Source: an uncultured Gemmatimonadaceae bacterium (GTDB lineage: Bacteria; Gemmatimonadota; Gemmatimonadetes; Gemmatimonadales; Gemmatimonadaceae). Taken from it: DNA of 64,000 nt. The notes beneath the pieces are model-generated. The model ran no database searches. It was given only the letters and a program-made list of their open reading frames with translations, and was not told where the DNA came from. This document shows positions 7,553 to 16,799 of this stretch, piece after piece. The position numbers and the translations under genes were made by a program. Location of the stretch: NCBI GenBank assembly GCA_963761305.1, contig CAVXGK010000002.1, positions 2,402,781-2,466,780 of the forward strand. The letters are read 5' to 3'. Every line of letters begins with the position of its first letter. Position 1 is the first letter of the stretch.

Positions 7553-9316
7553 CTATCGCTGGCGATACGGCGTGCTCACTCGAATGGAACCGGGCCTCGC
7601 GCCGGCGCGGCGCGCGCTGTCCGTGAGCTGTCGAAGAATCTGCAACATGGACCGTCGTTCCCCAGGGGCGCCGGCGGGAGACTCGTACGCGGCCCACTTC
7701 GCGGCCGAGTCGTAGTCTCCCATGGCCAACAAGGCGGAGATCAACTCCACCCTCACTTCGTCCTGGGTCGAATCCAGCGCGAGGCTGGTGCGAAGTTGGA
7801 CGACGGCGGCCGAGTCCGCGTTCATCGCCAGAAGCAAATAGGCTAGCGTATCGCGCACGCCGGCGGGGTTTGCGGCGGATGCGATGGCTGGCTCGAACTC
7901 TTGTGTCAGTTCCAGCACGGCTCGGCCCCTCGCGCTGCGGACTCGTTTGCTCTTCGGAGCATCGACGGCCGCGGTTCGCCAAAAGCTGGCGCTATTGCGC
8001 CACGTGGTCTCACGCTGCGCGCTTCGCGCCACGCCGAGAACGACGAGCAGGCAACAGCCGTATGCCGCAACCGTTTCGGGGGGGGGCCGGAACCGACGAA
8101 GGGCGGGCCATCGCAGAACGAGGCCGACGAGCCCGACGCAAGCGATCAGGAAGCCAACGCTCGGGAGAAACAGGGTACGCTCGGCGACGGTGATGCTCGT
8201 CGGAACGATGTTGCTGACCGGGAAGAGAGCGACGCCGCACCACGCGAGGCCAAACGCGACTGTCGGCGCGACTCGTCTCGATCGCACAGCGATCACCACC
8301 ACCATCACCAACAAGACGAGGCCCGCGGCCTCCGCGGGGCCGAATGAGGTCGACGCAATCACCTCGTCGGGGGAGTAGTCCATCTTCAAATGCGCGGGCC
8401 ACACGAGGAGGCGGGCCCAAATCGGCACGACCTTCAACATCGTGAGCAGCCGCCCCCCCAAGCCGAGTCCTTGGAGAGCGTTGGCAGTGAACGCGCCGAC
8501 GACATTGCCGAGCACCAGACTTCGGATTGCAACGAGCATCAGCCCGACCACGGCGAGAATCGCAAAGCCGCCCCACGTGTTTCGGAGGCGATCGCCGAGC
8601 GTTGATTTGTCGTCGGCGATGACCAGCTCGCAGGCCAACAAGAGACCCGGAAGCACGAATCCGTTTTCTTTCGTGAGGCTGGCTACCACGTAGAGTGAGG
8701 CGAGCACCGCCCAATCCCGCTTGCTCAACCGTCCGGTCGTCCTGCGACGGTCGATGTAGAAGCTGGCCGCGTAGCAACTGAGGATGGCGACGAGCAATTC
8801 GCCCTGATTGGCGCCCAGCGCGACGGCTTCCACGTGCACCGGATGAGCGGCGAATAGGGCGGCGGTGGCGAACGCGAGACGCGGTTCCAATACACGCCTC
8901 GCCAGGCCGAACACCGCCAGTGTGGCCGCGCAATACAGCAGGTAGCTCACCACTCGGAAAACCAGTGGCGACCCTCCGCCGACAACGAACTCGACCGCCA
9001 TCGTCATCGATGCGATTGGGCGATAGAGGTCGGGTACGTTTGGCGGTTGCCAGTACGACGAAGTGAAGAATGCGCCCCAGTTTTCGAAGTTCGTAAATCG
9101 GTTGTCGTGCAGGATCAGCGGGATGTCGTCGTAGACGAAGTCGTTCGCGAGGCCAACCACGCAAGCGGCGAGGGCGATCACCGCGAGCGCAGCCTTGTGG
9201 CTGTAGGTGGCCGGCGCGCGGCTGGCCGGCTCGGGAGTTTCGCCTTCCAGAGCGCGCGATGGTTGGCGACCCGACTTGGGCCGGCCGACGGTCGGTTCGG
9301 CGCGCTTTTTCGTCAT
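7553..9316 (-). CDS. TMTC/PMT_2-like polytopic membrane protein with short C-terminal helical-repeat region
   Basis: 587-aa ORF. NDFVYDDIPLILHDNRF, PDLYRPIASMTMAVEF and LKVVPIWARLLVWPAHLKMDYSP align by eye with the paralogue at 28123-29874. Confidence 0.85.
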   Translation of the reverse strand: MTKKRAEPTVGRPKSGRQPSRALEGETPEPASRAPATYSHKAALAVIALAACVVGLANDFVYDDIPLILHDNRFTNFENWGAFFTSSYWQPPNVPDLYRPIASMTMAVEFVVGGGSPLVFRVVSYLLYCAATLAVFGLARRVLEPRLAFATAALFAAHPVHVEAVALGANQGELLVAILSCYAASFYIDRRRTTGRLSKRDWAVLASLYVVASLTKENGFVLPGLLLACELVIADDKSTLGDRLRNTWGGFAILAVVGLMLVAIRSLVLGNVVGAFTANALQGLGLGGRLLTMLKVVPIWARLLVWPAHLKMDYSPDEVIASTSFGPAEAAGLVLLVMVVVIAVRSRRVAPTVAFGLAWCGVALFPVSNIVPTSITVAERTLFLPSVGFLIACVGLVGLVLRWPALRRFRPPPETVAAYGCCLLVVLGVARSAQRETTWRNSASFWRTAAVDAPKSKRVRSARGRAVLELTQEFEPAIASAANPAGVRDTLAYLLLAMNADSAAVVQLRTSLALDSTQDEVRVELISALLAMGDYDSAAKWAAYESPAGAPGERRSMLQILRQLTDSARRAGARPGSIRVSTPYRQR

Positions 9317-9364
9317 TGAATGAGAACTTGCACGTCCAGCCCCTGATGGCTAGCTGACGCCAAG

Positions 9365-12300
9365 TCAGCGCCTGACGACGATCTCATTCGCGCCGGCGGG
9401 CACCGGCGTACGCGTCTCGCCACCGCCCGGCCAGCGCACCCACACGGCGGTCGGCGTACCGGATAGGCCTAACACCTGCGTCGCGCCGTTCTGCGACCAG
9501 TAGCCCGATCCGGCCTGAATCTCGCGCACGGGCCCCATCTTGTCGCCGTAGACGATGCGCACCTGCGCGCCGACCGCATCCGGATTCGACGCCGGACCTA
9601 TCACGCGCACTCGCAGTCCCGGCTTCGCGCCGCGGTTGTGAAAGAGGCGCGTCGTCGAACCGTTCTGCGAGACGACGAGATCGAGCCGGCCGTCGTGATC
9701 GTAGTCGGCGTACGCCGCGCCGCGCTGGTCGCCGTACACCTCGATCCCCGATCGCGCGCCGGACATCGGCGTGAGGCCGCCCTTGCCGTCGCCGATCAGC
9801 AGCAGGCCTCGGCCGTTGTCGTAGCGCGGCAGACCGACGGCCGTGGGGAAGAAATTCTGCGTGAGGAACACGTCCTCGTTGCCGTCGCCGTCGAAGTCGG
9901 CGATGCCGGCGTACGAGGCCGGCGCGAGCTGCGCCTCCATCGGCAACGCGTGCGCCTCGAAGTGGTCGCCGCGATTCAGGAACACCATGTTGTCCAGCGT
10001 GACCGCCGACCGGCGCTGCACTTCCTCGAGGTGCGGGCCGAGCACCTGGTCGAGCGTTGCGTCGGCGTACGCGCTGAACGTGGTGATGCGCGTCGCGAGA
10101 TCGGGCATGACGCTTCTCACACGCGCGTAGCTGTTGAGCGGCGCCAGTCCCTTGAGCCGCGGGTCCTGCTTCGCCAGCAGCATCTCCTCGGCGGCGCCGG
10201 GGGCGAACTTGCCGTAGACCATCACCAGCGGATCGGCGCTGTCGGCTTTCGCCGGCACGTTGCGGCCCCAACTCGTGGCGACGAGGTCGAGCCGTCCGTC
10301 GCCGTCGAGATCGCCGGCCGCGATGCCGATCCAGCGGCTCGTCCAGCGACCAAATCCCCACGAGTCGGGGGCCGGGACGAACTTGCCGTTCTTGTTGAGC
10401 AGCACGAGGATCGATCCCCACTCGCGCGCCAGCACGAGATCGGGGTGGCCGTCGCCGTCCATGTCGGCGAACATCGCCGCCGACACCATGCCGACGTCCT
10501 TGAGCGTCTGCGTATTCGCCGTGTCGAGCACATATTTACCGCGGATGTTGCGATAGAGCGCGGAAGACGCCGGCAGCGGATACTGCCCGGGAATCGCCCG
10601 GCCGCCGACGAACAAGTCGAGCGTGCCGTCGCCGTCGTAGTCCGCGACGGCGATCGGTCCGGTGGCCGAGCCGAGCGACGGCACGATCGACGTGGCACCG
10701 GCGGACACGCCCTGCGCACCAGCCGACACAGCGATCGCGGAGGGCACGTCCTTCCCTTCCCAGCTCGACACGCCGAGCAGGATGTTGCTCGTGCCGTTCC
10801 CCGCGACCCCGACCACGCCGGTGAAATCCGCCGGCGCGACGGGCCCCTGCGACGGCTTGGGAACGAGTCGCCCGTGCTCGTTATGGAACACGCCAAGCCG
10901 TCCGCCGCTCCCGGCGCCGACTAGCAAGTCCTCATAGCCATCGCGATCGTAGTCGAACCACGCCACGCCGGGACCGAGCTGCGATAGCGAGTTGGGAAGC
11001 AGGAATTGCCGCTCCCAGTCATCGAACCACGGATCGACGTGGCTGTGTCCGCCGAGTTCGGGCGTGGCGTCCGTAAACAAAGTGGAATCATCGGTGGACC
11101 GGTGGACCGGTGGACCGGTGGACCGGTCGACCGGTAACTGCGGAGAGGCGGTTGCTTGAGAGATTTCGTATAGGCGGTTTGGCTTGACTCCGTGCAGCGT
11201 GGTTCGCCGACCGTCGCGCCAATCCACTTCGAGCGTCGCGGTGTCGGAGGTGCCCATGGCGAACGTCGCTTCGTAGTCGCTGTGCGACATGTACAGTCCG
11301 CCGACCACGACCTCGCGCTCTTGCCTCGGGACCGCGCCGCCGAGGAGGCGGATCTTGGCGCCGACGGCCTGCGTGTTCGGCGCGTCGCCGAGGAGACGGA
11401 CCGCGACACGCGGGGCCGATGCGTTGTTGCGCAGGATCAGCGGCGGGCGCGCGGAGGCGATTGATGACGACGTCGAGATCGCCGTCGCCGTCCAGATCCG
11501 CGACGGCGATGGCGTTCGAGTAGTCGGCCGTCGGTGCCGAAGTTCCACTTCGCGCTCGCGTCCTCGAACGTCAGGTCGCCGCGGTTGCGCAAGGCGACGT
11601 TCTTGAGAGCGAGCGGCGGAAATTGCCAACGCGAGCCGCTGCCAAGGAAAGCTCAACAGGCGATTCTGGAGCGCCTCCTGAACGTCGGCGTCCATGATGT
11701 CCCAGAGGTGGCCGTTGGCGATGAGAATGTCCGGCCGGCCGTCGAGGTCGACGTCCATGAACAGCGTGCCCCACGACCAACCGCTCGCCTGCACCCCGGC
11801 GTACATGCCGACTTCGGCGAACGTGCCGTCGCCGCGGTTGAGAAAGAGCGTGTTGCGCTGCTGCTGGAGCTCGGTCTCGATGTCGCCCGGCTTCTTGGGC
11901 AGCGCGGTGTGCGTGGGGATCTGCGTGCGCAGCCGATGCGTGTCGTTGCTCAAGCATGTCGACTTCGAACAAGTCGGGCAGGCCGTCGCCGTTGATGTCG
12001 GCGACGTCGGCGCCCATCGCCGAGTTGCTCGTCTGGCGCTGCGCGGTCCAGTCGGCGCGCTTGAAGTGGCCGTGGCCGTCGTTCCACCACAGCTCGTCGA
12101 GATCCTCGAAGTCGTTGCCGACGTAGAGGTCCGGCGCGCCGTCGCCGTTCAGGTCGACGAGCTTCGCGTCGAGCGTGAACGACTCCGCCGCCTCGGTGAT
12201 CGGCTTGCCCTGCGGATCGAGAAAGCGGCCGCCGGTGAATGGAACCCTGGTGAAATGACCGTGGCCGTCGTTGAGATAGAATTCGTTGGGCGCGGCGCGC

Positions 12301-13073
12301 TGCGTCATCCGCGTGCCGCCCATGTCCGGCCGCGACACGATCTTGTAATCGTTCTTGAAATCCGGCACGACCTCGAACTTGTTCGGTCCGACCTGGCGCA
12401 CCATCTGGTTGAACTGGCGGCGCTGCGGCGGGATGCTGTCGTCGATGTTGTACGCCTTGTAGTTGGCGACGTACATGTCGAGGTGTCCGTCGCCGTCGAC
12501 GTCGGCCATGGCGATCGTCGTGCCGCCGTTGCCGGTCGTGTCGAGGCCGAGGTCCTTGTGCTCGGTGAAGTGCCCGTGGCCGTCGTTGAGGAAAATCGAA
12601 TTCGGCCCGCGCGTCGACAGCAGGATCAGGTCGAGCGTGCCGTTGCCGTCGACGTCGGCGAACGCGGCGGCGGTCGAGTTCCGACCGCACGCGCCGACAC
12701 CCGCCGATTTGGTGATGTCCTCGAACTTCCAGTTGCCAAGATTCTTGTAGAGCGCGCTGCAGCCCTGCGTCTTGGCGAGGAAGATGTCAGGCAGCCCGTC
12801 GCCGTCCACGTCGCCCATGGCGACGCCGGCGCCCTGGCCGAGGATGCGATTGCCGAGCAGCAGCGAATCGCTGACGTCGTTCTCGAAATGGATGCCCGTC
12901 TTGCTCGCGGGCATCTCGGTGAAACCGGGCTCGCCGCTCGGCACGACGAGATCGCGCCAACGGTAGCCCGTCTCCTGGTGCCACGGCGGCGGCGGCGACG
13001 GTGCATTGCACGCGCCGGCCCAGGTGAACGCGGCCGCGCACAGCACGAACGCCGCGGCTCGACGCCGCGTCAT
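9365..13073 (-). pseudogene. Two-module CRTAC1/ASPIC-UnbV FG-GAP repeat protein, reading frame broken at least 4 times
   Basis: Signal peptide MTRRRAAAFVLCAAAFTWAGAC at 13073. Repeated DxDGDG FG-GAP/VCBS calcium loops (GDVDGDGLPD, ADVDGNGTLD, ADYDGDGTLD..) and two UnbV_ASPIC-like ends (VGAKIRLLGG.., VGAQVRIVYG..AGSGYWSQN). The sense is restored only by +1 frame jumps near 11952, 11621, 11528 and 11446. Confidence 0.8.
11093..11135 (+). repeat. Octamer tandem array (GGTGGACC x4 + GGTCGACC) lying inside the ASPIC reading frame
   Basis: Five 8-nt units, read on the minus strand as PVDRSTGPPVHRST, sit exactly between module 1 (..NRLYEISQ) and module 2 (STLFTDATPELGG..). Confidence 0.9.
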
Positions 13074-13110
13074 GGCCGCGTTTCCGACGATCAGCGAATC
13101 GATCCGGGTT

Positions 13111-13668
13111 TTAATGTCCCGACCCACCACCGGTTCCGGGGCCGCTGCCGAATTTGTCCCGGATCATGTCGTCGGCCTCGGTCTTCTGCTTTTGGACGAG
13201 ATCAGTCGCCTGCTTCTGTTGGGTCGGATCGAGCGTCGCGATCGCTTCGTTGGCCGCGTCGTCGTACTGCGAACGAACTCCGGCGAGGACGAGGGCGAAC
13301 TGGCGGCGCGTATCCATCATTCGCGCCCTGTCGCCTTCATCCGCTGTGCGGCCGGCAGGCGCGGCGACGCGGCGCAGCGAGTCGAGGGCGCCGAACGAGG
13401 GCTTCATCGACTCCTTGAGTTTGTCTTCGCGGTCCTTGAGCTTCGCCAACTGGTCGTCGGTGAGCTTGAGGTCCTTGCGTTTGTCGATGAGGAGCTTGAG
13501 AGGACTGACGTTTTCGAGGTCCTTGTTCGACAGCTTGATCGTGCTGCCCGAGTTGTTGAAGGGACTACTTGTGTCGCTGCGCATACCCCTGCTGCCGCCA
13601 CCGCGCTGCGCCAGCGCGAGAGCGGGGAGCGAGATCATGAGAGCGATAGAGAGGGATCGTTTGTACAT
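13111..13668 (-). CDS. Secreted protein with LTxxQ-type motifs (Spy/CpxP-like, tentative)
   Basis: ATG 13668 gives a signal peptide MYKRSLSIALMISLPALALAQ. Helical, charged body with LKLTDDQLAKLK and LDPTQQKQ. The function call is weak. Confidence 0.6.
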   Translation of the reverse strand: MYKRSLSIALMISLPALALAQRGGGSRGMRSDTSSPFNNSGSTIKLSNKDLENVSPLKLLIDKRKDLKLTDDQLAKLKDREDKLKESMKPSFGALDSLRRVAAPAGRTADEGDRARMMDTRRQFALVLAGVRSQYDDAANEAIATLDPTQQKQATDLVQKQKTEADDMIRDKFGSGPGTGGGSGH

Positions 13669-13784
13669 AGGGGAAAGTCCTCTGGAAGGGACTGGGCAGC
13701 CGACGGGTGGGGATCGACCGGAATTGGCGAGATGCAGACGGTGGGAAACGCTGTGCGATGGAGCGGCGTTCGTCAATCCTGCAG

Positions 13785-13813
13785 TTGACGGGTGGACGGG
13801 TGGACGGGTGAGG
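13785..13813 (+). repeat. Octamer tandem array (GGGTGGAC-type) about x3
   Basis: ttgacgggtggacgggtggacgggtgagg in the spacer between the YceI-like gene and the 13668 gene. Confidence 0.85.
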
Positions 13814-13875
13814 GCAACGGCTCATTAAGTGCCGGCCACTCTGAGGTCCGGCGCGGTAGTTGGTTCGGCTTCGCG

Positions 13876-14025
13876 CTCGAAATCTGAGGTCAGACGTCTG
13901 ACGTCAGATGTCAGACCATGCGTGACAAGGGAGAATCGAGGGAACGGGGTGGCCCGCTGTCGAGTGCGGGCCTGGCGAGTGCCTGTCTGACGTCAGATAT
14001 CTGAAGTCAGACGTCAGACTTCGAG
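13876..14025. repeat. Inverted pair of GACGTC-palindrome blocks flanking a 67-nt centre
   Basis: 13876-13917 is ctcgaaatctgaggtcagacgtctgacgtcagatgtcagacc. 13985-14025 is gtctgacgtcagatatctgaagtcagacgtcagacttcgag. The second is close to the reverse complement of the first, and each holds two GACGTC cores. Confidence 0.85.
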
Positions 14026-14082
14026 CGAACCACGTGCCCAGCCAGGCCACAGCGCCACGCGACTGGCCGCGATCCCCCGCCG

Positions 14083-14811
14083 TTAGGGGTTCGAGGCTTC
14101 GGGCGAAAACCGGAAGTCGTACTCCAACTTGATCGAATCCGCCACGCTCAGGAGAACCGGCACTTTCGGTTGATCGAGCCCGAAGTCCTTGAACGTGAAG
14201 ATCGTCGCCGCTGAGCCGACGACGTCGGCGCCGTCGGCGTGGGCGGTGACTTGCCACGTCGTCGGGTGTGTCGTGCCGTGAACCGTGAGGTCGCCGATGA
14301 CCGAGAAGGTCTTGGTCGTTCCGGCCGGAATGGGCTCGCTGAGTCCCTGAAAGGCCGACGGGACGAACTCCACCTGAGGATACTTCACCGTCTCCAGCGT
14401 GTTGTGCTGCACGTACCCATCTCGGCGGGTCTTGTCGCTCTTGAGGCTCGTCACCTGGATGATGATGCGCGAGCTGTCGCGCAGGACCTTGCCGTCCTTG
14501 GCGACGACGAGTCTGCCGGTGATGTCCTTGGTGACGCCGACGGCGTCGTTGGGGAGATCGAACCCGACGAGCTGTTCGCGGACGCGGTAGCGCGCCTCGT
14601 TGCCGGTGGGCGCGACTATGAAGTGCAGTTCGTTGGTGGCACCCGTCTGTTTCGACGGCGTCGGGACGGGGCGTCGGGCCTGTCCGGCGGCCGGCGCCGA
14701 GAGCGCCGTGACGCACACGAGGCACAACGCAACCGCATATATAGCTGCTTTAGCTGCACGACCGCTCATCGACTGTCTCTTCGGATGGGGGGGAACGGGG
14801 TCTTTCTTCAT
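14083..14811 (-). CDS. YceI-like periplasmic polyisoprenoid-binding family protein
   Basis: EARYRVREQLVGFDLPNDAVGVTKDITG, VTSLKSDKTRRDGYV.., YPQVEFV and GDLTVHGTTHPTTWQV are classic YceI-fold strings. An alternative start at ATG 14769 (MSGRAAK..) gives a cleaner signal peptide. Confidence 0.85.
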   Translation of the reverse strand: MKKDPVPPHPKRQSMSGRAAKAAIYAVALCLVCVTALSAPAAGQARRPVPTPSKQTGATNELHFIVAPTGNEARYRVREQLVGFDLPNDAVGVTKDITGRLVVAKDGKVLRDSSRIIIQVTSLKSDKTRRDGYVQHNTLETVKYPQVEFVPSAFQGLSEPIPAGTTKTFSVIGDLTVHGTTHPTTWQVTAHADGADVVGSAATIFTFKDFGLDQPKVPVLLSVADSIKLEYDFRFSPEASNP

Positions 14812-14847
14812 ACGCGACGCGCCGCGCCCCCGCTGACCGGTCCCCCC

Positions 14848-16035
14848 CTAGGCCGATTTCGCTGACTTCTTGCCGGGCTTCTCAGCGGGCACGACGTGGG
14901 CGAACAGGTCCTTCCGCACCTCGGGGTTGCTGATCTTCCAGATCACGCCGTCGGTGAAGTAGTGGTGGATGTTGATGAACATCAGGAGCAGGATCGGGGC
15001 GGCGTTGGCCGGCTGCTCGCCGAAGACGTTGCCGATGACGCTCATCGCGCCGCCGGGCACCAACTGCGTGACCACGACGCTCACCACGAGCAGGGCGAGC
15101 CCGTAGAGCACCATGTGGCGGGCCAGCCGAGTCGCGCCGCGGGCGCGGTCGGCGAGGGTGCGGTTGATCTCGACTCGCACCGGAAACGCCATGTACTGGA
15201 GCGCGTGGGCGATCTGAATCCAGAAGATCGCCTTGGGATCGCGCGCCATCATCGCGTACCAGACGAACAGCGCGAACCAGGCGACAAGCGTTTTCGTAGG
15301 CGGCATCATGCCAGTGCGGCGCCACATACGGAACAGGCCTACCGCCCCGAGCAGGAACGCGAGGCCAATCCCCGCGCTCACGATCAGGTAGACCGGGCGC
15401 ACCGCCGGACGGAATGGTTCGGCCAACTGCGTGTAGACAAACCAGCAAACCTGCCACACGAGAAGGATCCGAAGCCCGGTTCGAATCAGCAGCCGCTCGG
15501 ACTTCTCGAACTTGGTGCCGGCGAGGAAGGCGTACGACGCCATCATCCCCCACACCTGCCCCGTGTAGTGCCAGGCGAGGTACCCGCTGGCCACGGCGAT
15601 GAGCAGGGTTACGAGGAGGGAGCGGCACTCGGGTCCGGCGAGGTGCGACTGAAGCGCCGCCGTGCAGCCTTGGGGCAGGAAGTACTGAACCTCGATCACC
15701 GCCAGCACGATGTAGGCGATCAAGATCAACGGCACGTAGATCGACGCCCACTTGTGCTTGAGGATCGTCGCGCGGTCGCGATAGACGAGCCGGTACGAGG
15801 CCATGAAGTGCGGCATGTTGATCGCCGTCCCGATCCATGCTTGCGCACCCGCGCCGACGAGCACCAGATCCGTTCGTCCGCTCAGCAGCAGTGGAACGAA
15901 GACGATCAACGACAATCCACCGACCAGCAGCAGGTCGACCAGCGGCGACAAGATCGAGCGCGCGCCGGCAGTCGTCGTTGCGACTGCCGATGCCGACTGA
16001 GTTTGGGGCGGGGGCGCTGCGACTGGAGAGCTCAC
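14848..16035 (-). CDS. Integral membrane protein of unknown function (about 10 hydrophobic segments)
   Basis: 395-aa ORF with strong GC3 and hydrophobic periodicity. Conserved-looking polar strings NMPHFMASYRLVY and INIHHYFTDGVIWK. No family recognised. Confidence 0.75.
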   Translation of the reverse strand: MSSPVAAPPPQTQSASAVATTTAGARSILSPLVDLLLVGGLSLIVFVPLLLSGRTDLVLVGAGAQAWIGTAINMPHFMASYRLVYRDRATILKHKWASIYVPLILIAYIVLAVIEVQYFLPQGCTAALQSHLAGPECRSLLVTLLIAVASGYLAWHYTGQVWGMMASYAFLAGTKFEKSERLLIRTGLRILLVWQVCWFVYTQLAEPFRPAVRPVYLIVSAGIGLAFLLGAVGLFRMWRRTGMMPPTKTLVAWFALFVWYAMMARDPKAIFWIQIAHALQYMAFPVRVEINRTLADRARGATRLARHMVLYGLALLVVSVVVTQLVPGGAMSVIGNVFGEQPANAAPILLLMFINIHHYFTDGVIWKISNPEVRKDLFAHVVPAEKPGKKSAKSA

Positions 16036-16043
16036 TGAACTGC

Positions 16044-16122
16044 GGGTGGACGGGTGGACGGGTGGACGGGTGGACGGGTGGACGGGTGGACGGGTGGACA
16101 GGTGGACGGGTGGACGGGTGAA
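16044..16122 (+). repeat. Octamer tandem array (GGGTGGAC) about x10
   Basis: Ten near-perfect 8-nt units immediately upstream (in minus sense) of the start of gene 14848-16035. G3-N5 periodicity. Confidence 0.95.
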
Positions 16123-16126
16123 CAGC

Positions 16127-16174
16127 GAGACGTCTGACGTCTGACGTCAGACATCTGACGTCAGATTTCTCGAG
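16127..16174. repeat. GACGTC-palindrome block (TCTGACGTCAGA-type) x4 cores
   Basis: gagacgtctgacgtctgacgtcagacatctgacgtcagatttctcgag, the same word family as 13876-14025. Sits at the centre of the inverted octamer arrays. Confidence 0.9.
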
Positions 16175-16191
16175 TTGTGCCGTTGGCCTTG

Positions 16192-16274
16192 CCGGTCTAC
16201 CGGTCTACCGGTCTACCGGTCCACCGGTCCACCGGTCCACCGGTCCACGTCCACCCGTCCACCCGTCCACCCGC
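16192..16274 (-). repeat. Octamer tandem array in inverted orientation (GGTAGACC / GGTGGACC / GGGTGGAC on the minus strand) about x10
   Basis: ccggtctacc..ggtccacc..cgtccacc units are the reverse complement of the 16044-16122 array. They overlap the last 26 codons of ORF 16197-16688. Confidence 0.95.
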
Positions 16275-16688
16275 CTCAAACGTAGTGTCCGCGTTGAGCC
16301 GGCGGAGCCGGATGATCAGCGTGACCAGGGTCGCCATCTGGCCGAACTGGTTTTGAGACTCCGTGGGACCGAGATACCGCACCTCGTCGACATTCCCCGC
16401 GGTCAGGTTGCGCAACGTCTCGACGCCACCGATTCGCCGCTGATCGATGTAGACGGTGATGCCTTGGGGCGCGCTGCCGCGCTGAATCCCCAGCGGCGCC
16501 TCGAGGAAATGCGGCCGAAGGGCCTGAAGCACCTCGAACAGGTCCAAGCCATCCTTGGCATTGCTCACGATCTCGGCGTGCGTGAGCAGATCGCGGTCGC
16601 GCGGTGTGAGTGCACCTGGCGGCGGCTGGCCGCAGCCCGACGCGGCCAGCATCAAAGCCGCTGCCGCGCCCGTCATCCAACGAGCCAT
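16197..16688 (-). CDS. Lipoprotein with plug-like domain; C-terminal tail encoded by the octamer array
   Basis: Lipobox MLAASGC. ITVYIDQRRIGGVETLRNLTAGNVDEVRYLGPTESQNQFG resembles the plug-like C-termini of the CarboxypepD_reg paralogues. The last residues GGRVDGWTWTGGPVDRWTGRPVDR are repeat-derived. Confidence 0.7.
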   Translation of the reverse strand: MARWMTGAAAALMLAASGCGQPPPGALTPRDRDLLTHAEIVSNAKDGLDLFEVLQALRPHFLEAPLGIQRGSAPQGITVYIDQRRIGGVETLRNLTAGNVDEVRYLGPTESQNQFGQMATLVTLIIRLRRLNADTTFEAGGRVDGWTWTGGPVDRWTGRPVDR

Positions 16689-16799
16689 GGTCTCCCCCCT
16701 TCCCGTTCGTGGTGGCGAATCGGGCCGTCAAAGTGAGAAGGCCGCCGGGCAAGCGCCCGACGGCCAATCTCGCATCCTACCGAGCCGTGACGCGAGTCG

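Noticed and set aside
9365-13073. Treating the ASPIC locus as two separate genes split at the octamer array
   Set aside because: There is no stop codon between the modules in the sense frame. Module 2 has no start codon, RBS or signal peptide, so a single two-module gene is the simpler model (left open as a finding).
16044-16274. Tandem arrays (also 32275-32554, 37119-37215) considered as CRISPR
   Set aside because: Units are 8-21 nt and directly abutting, with no unique 25-40 nt spacers. No cas genes are in the window.
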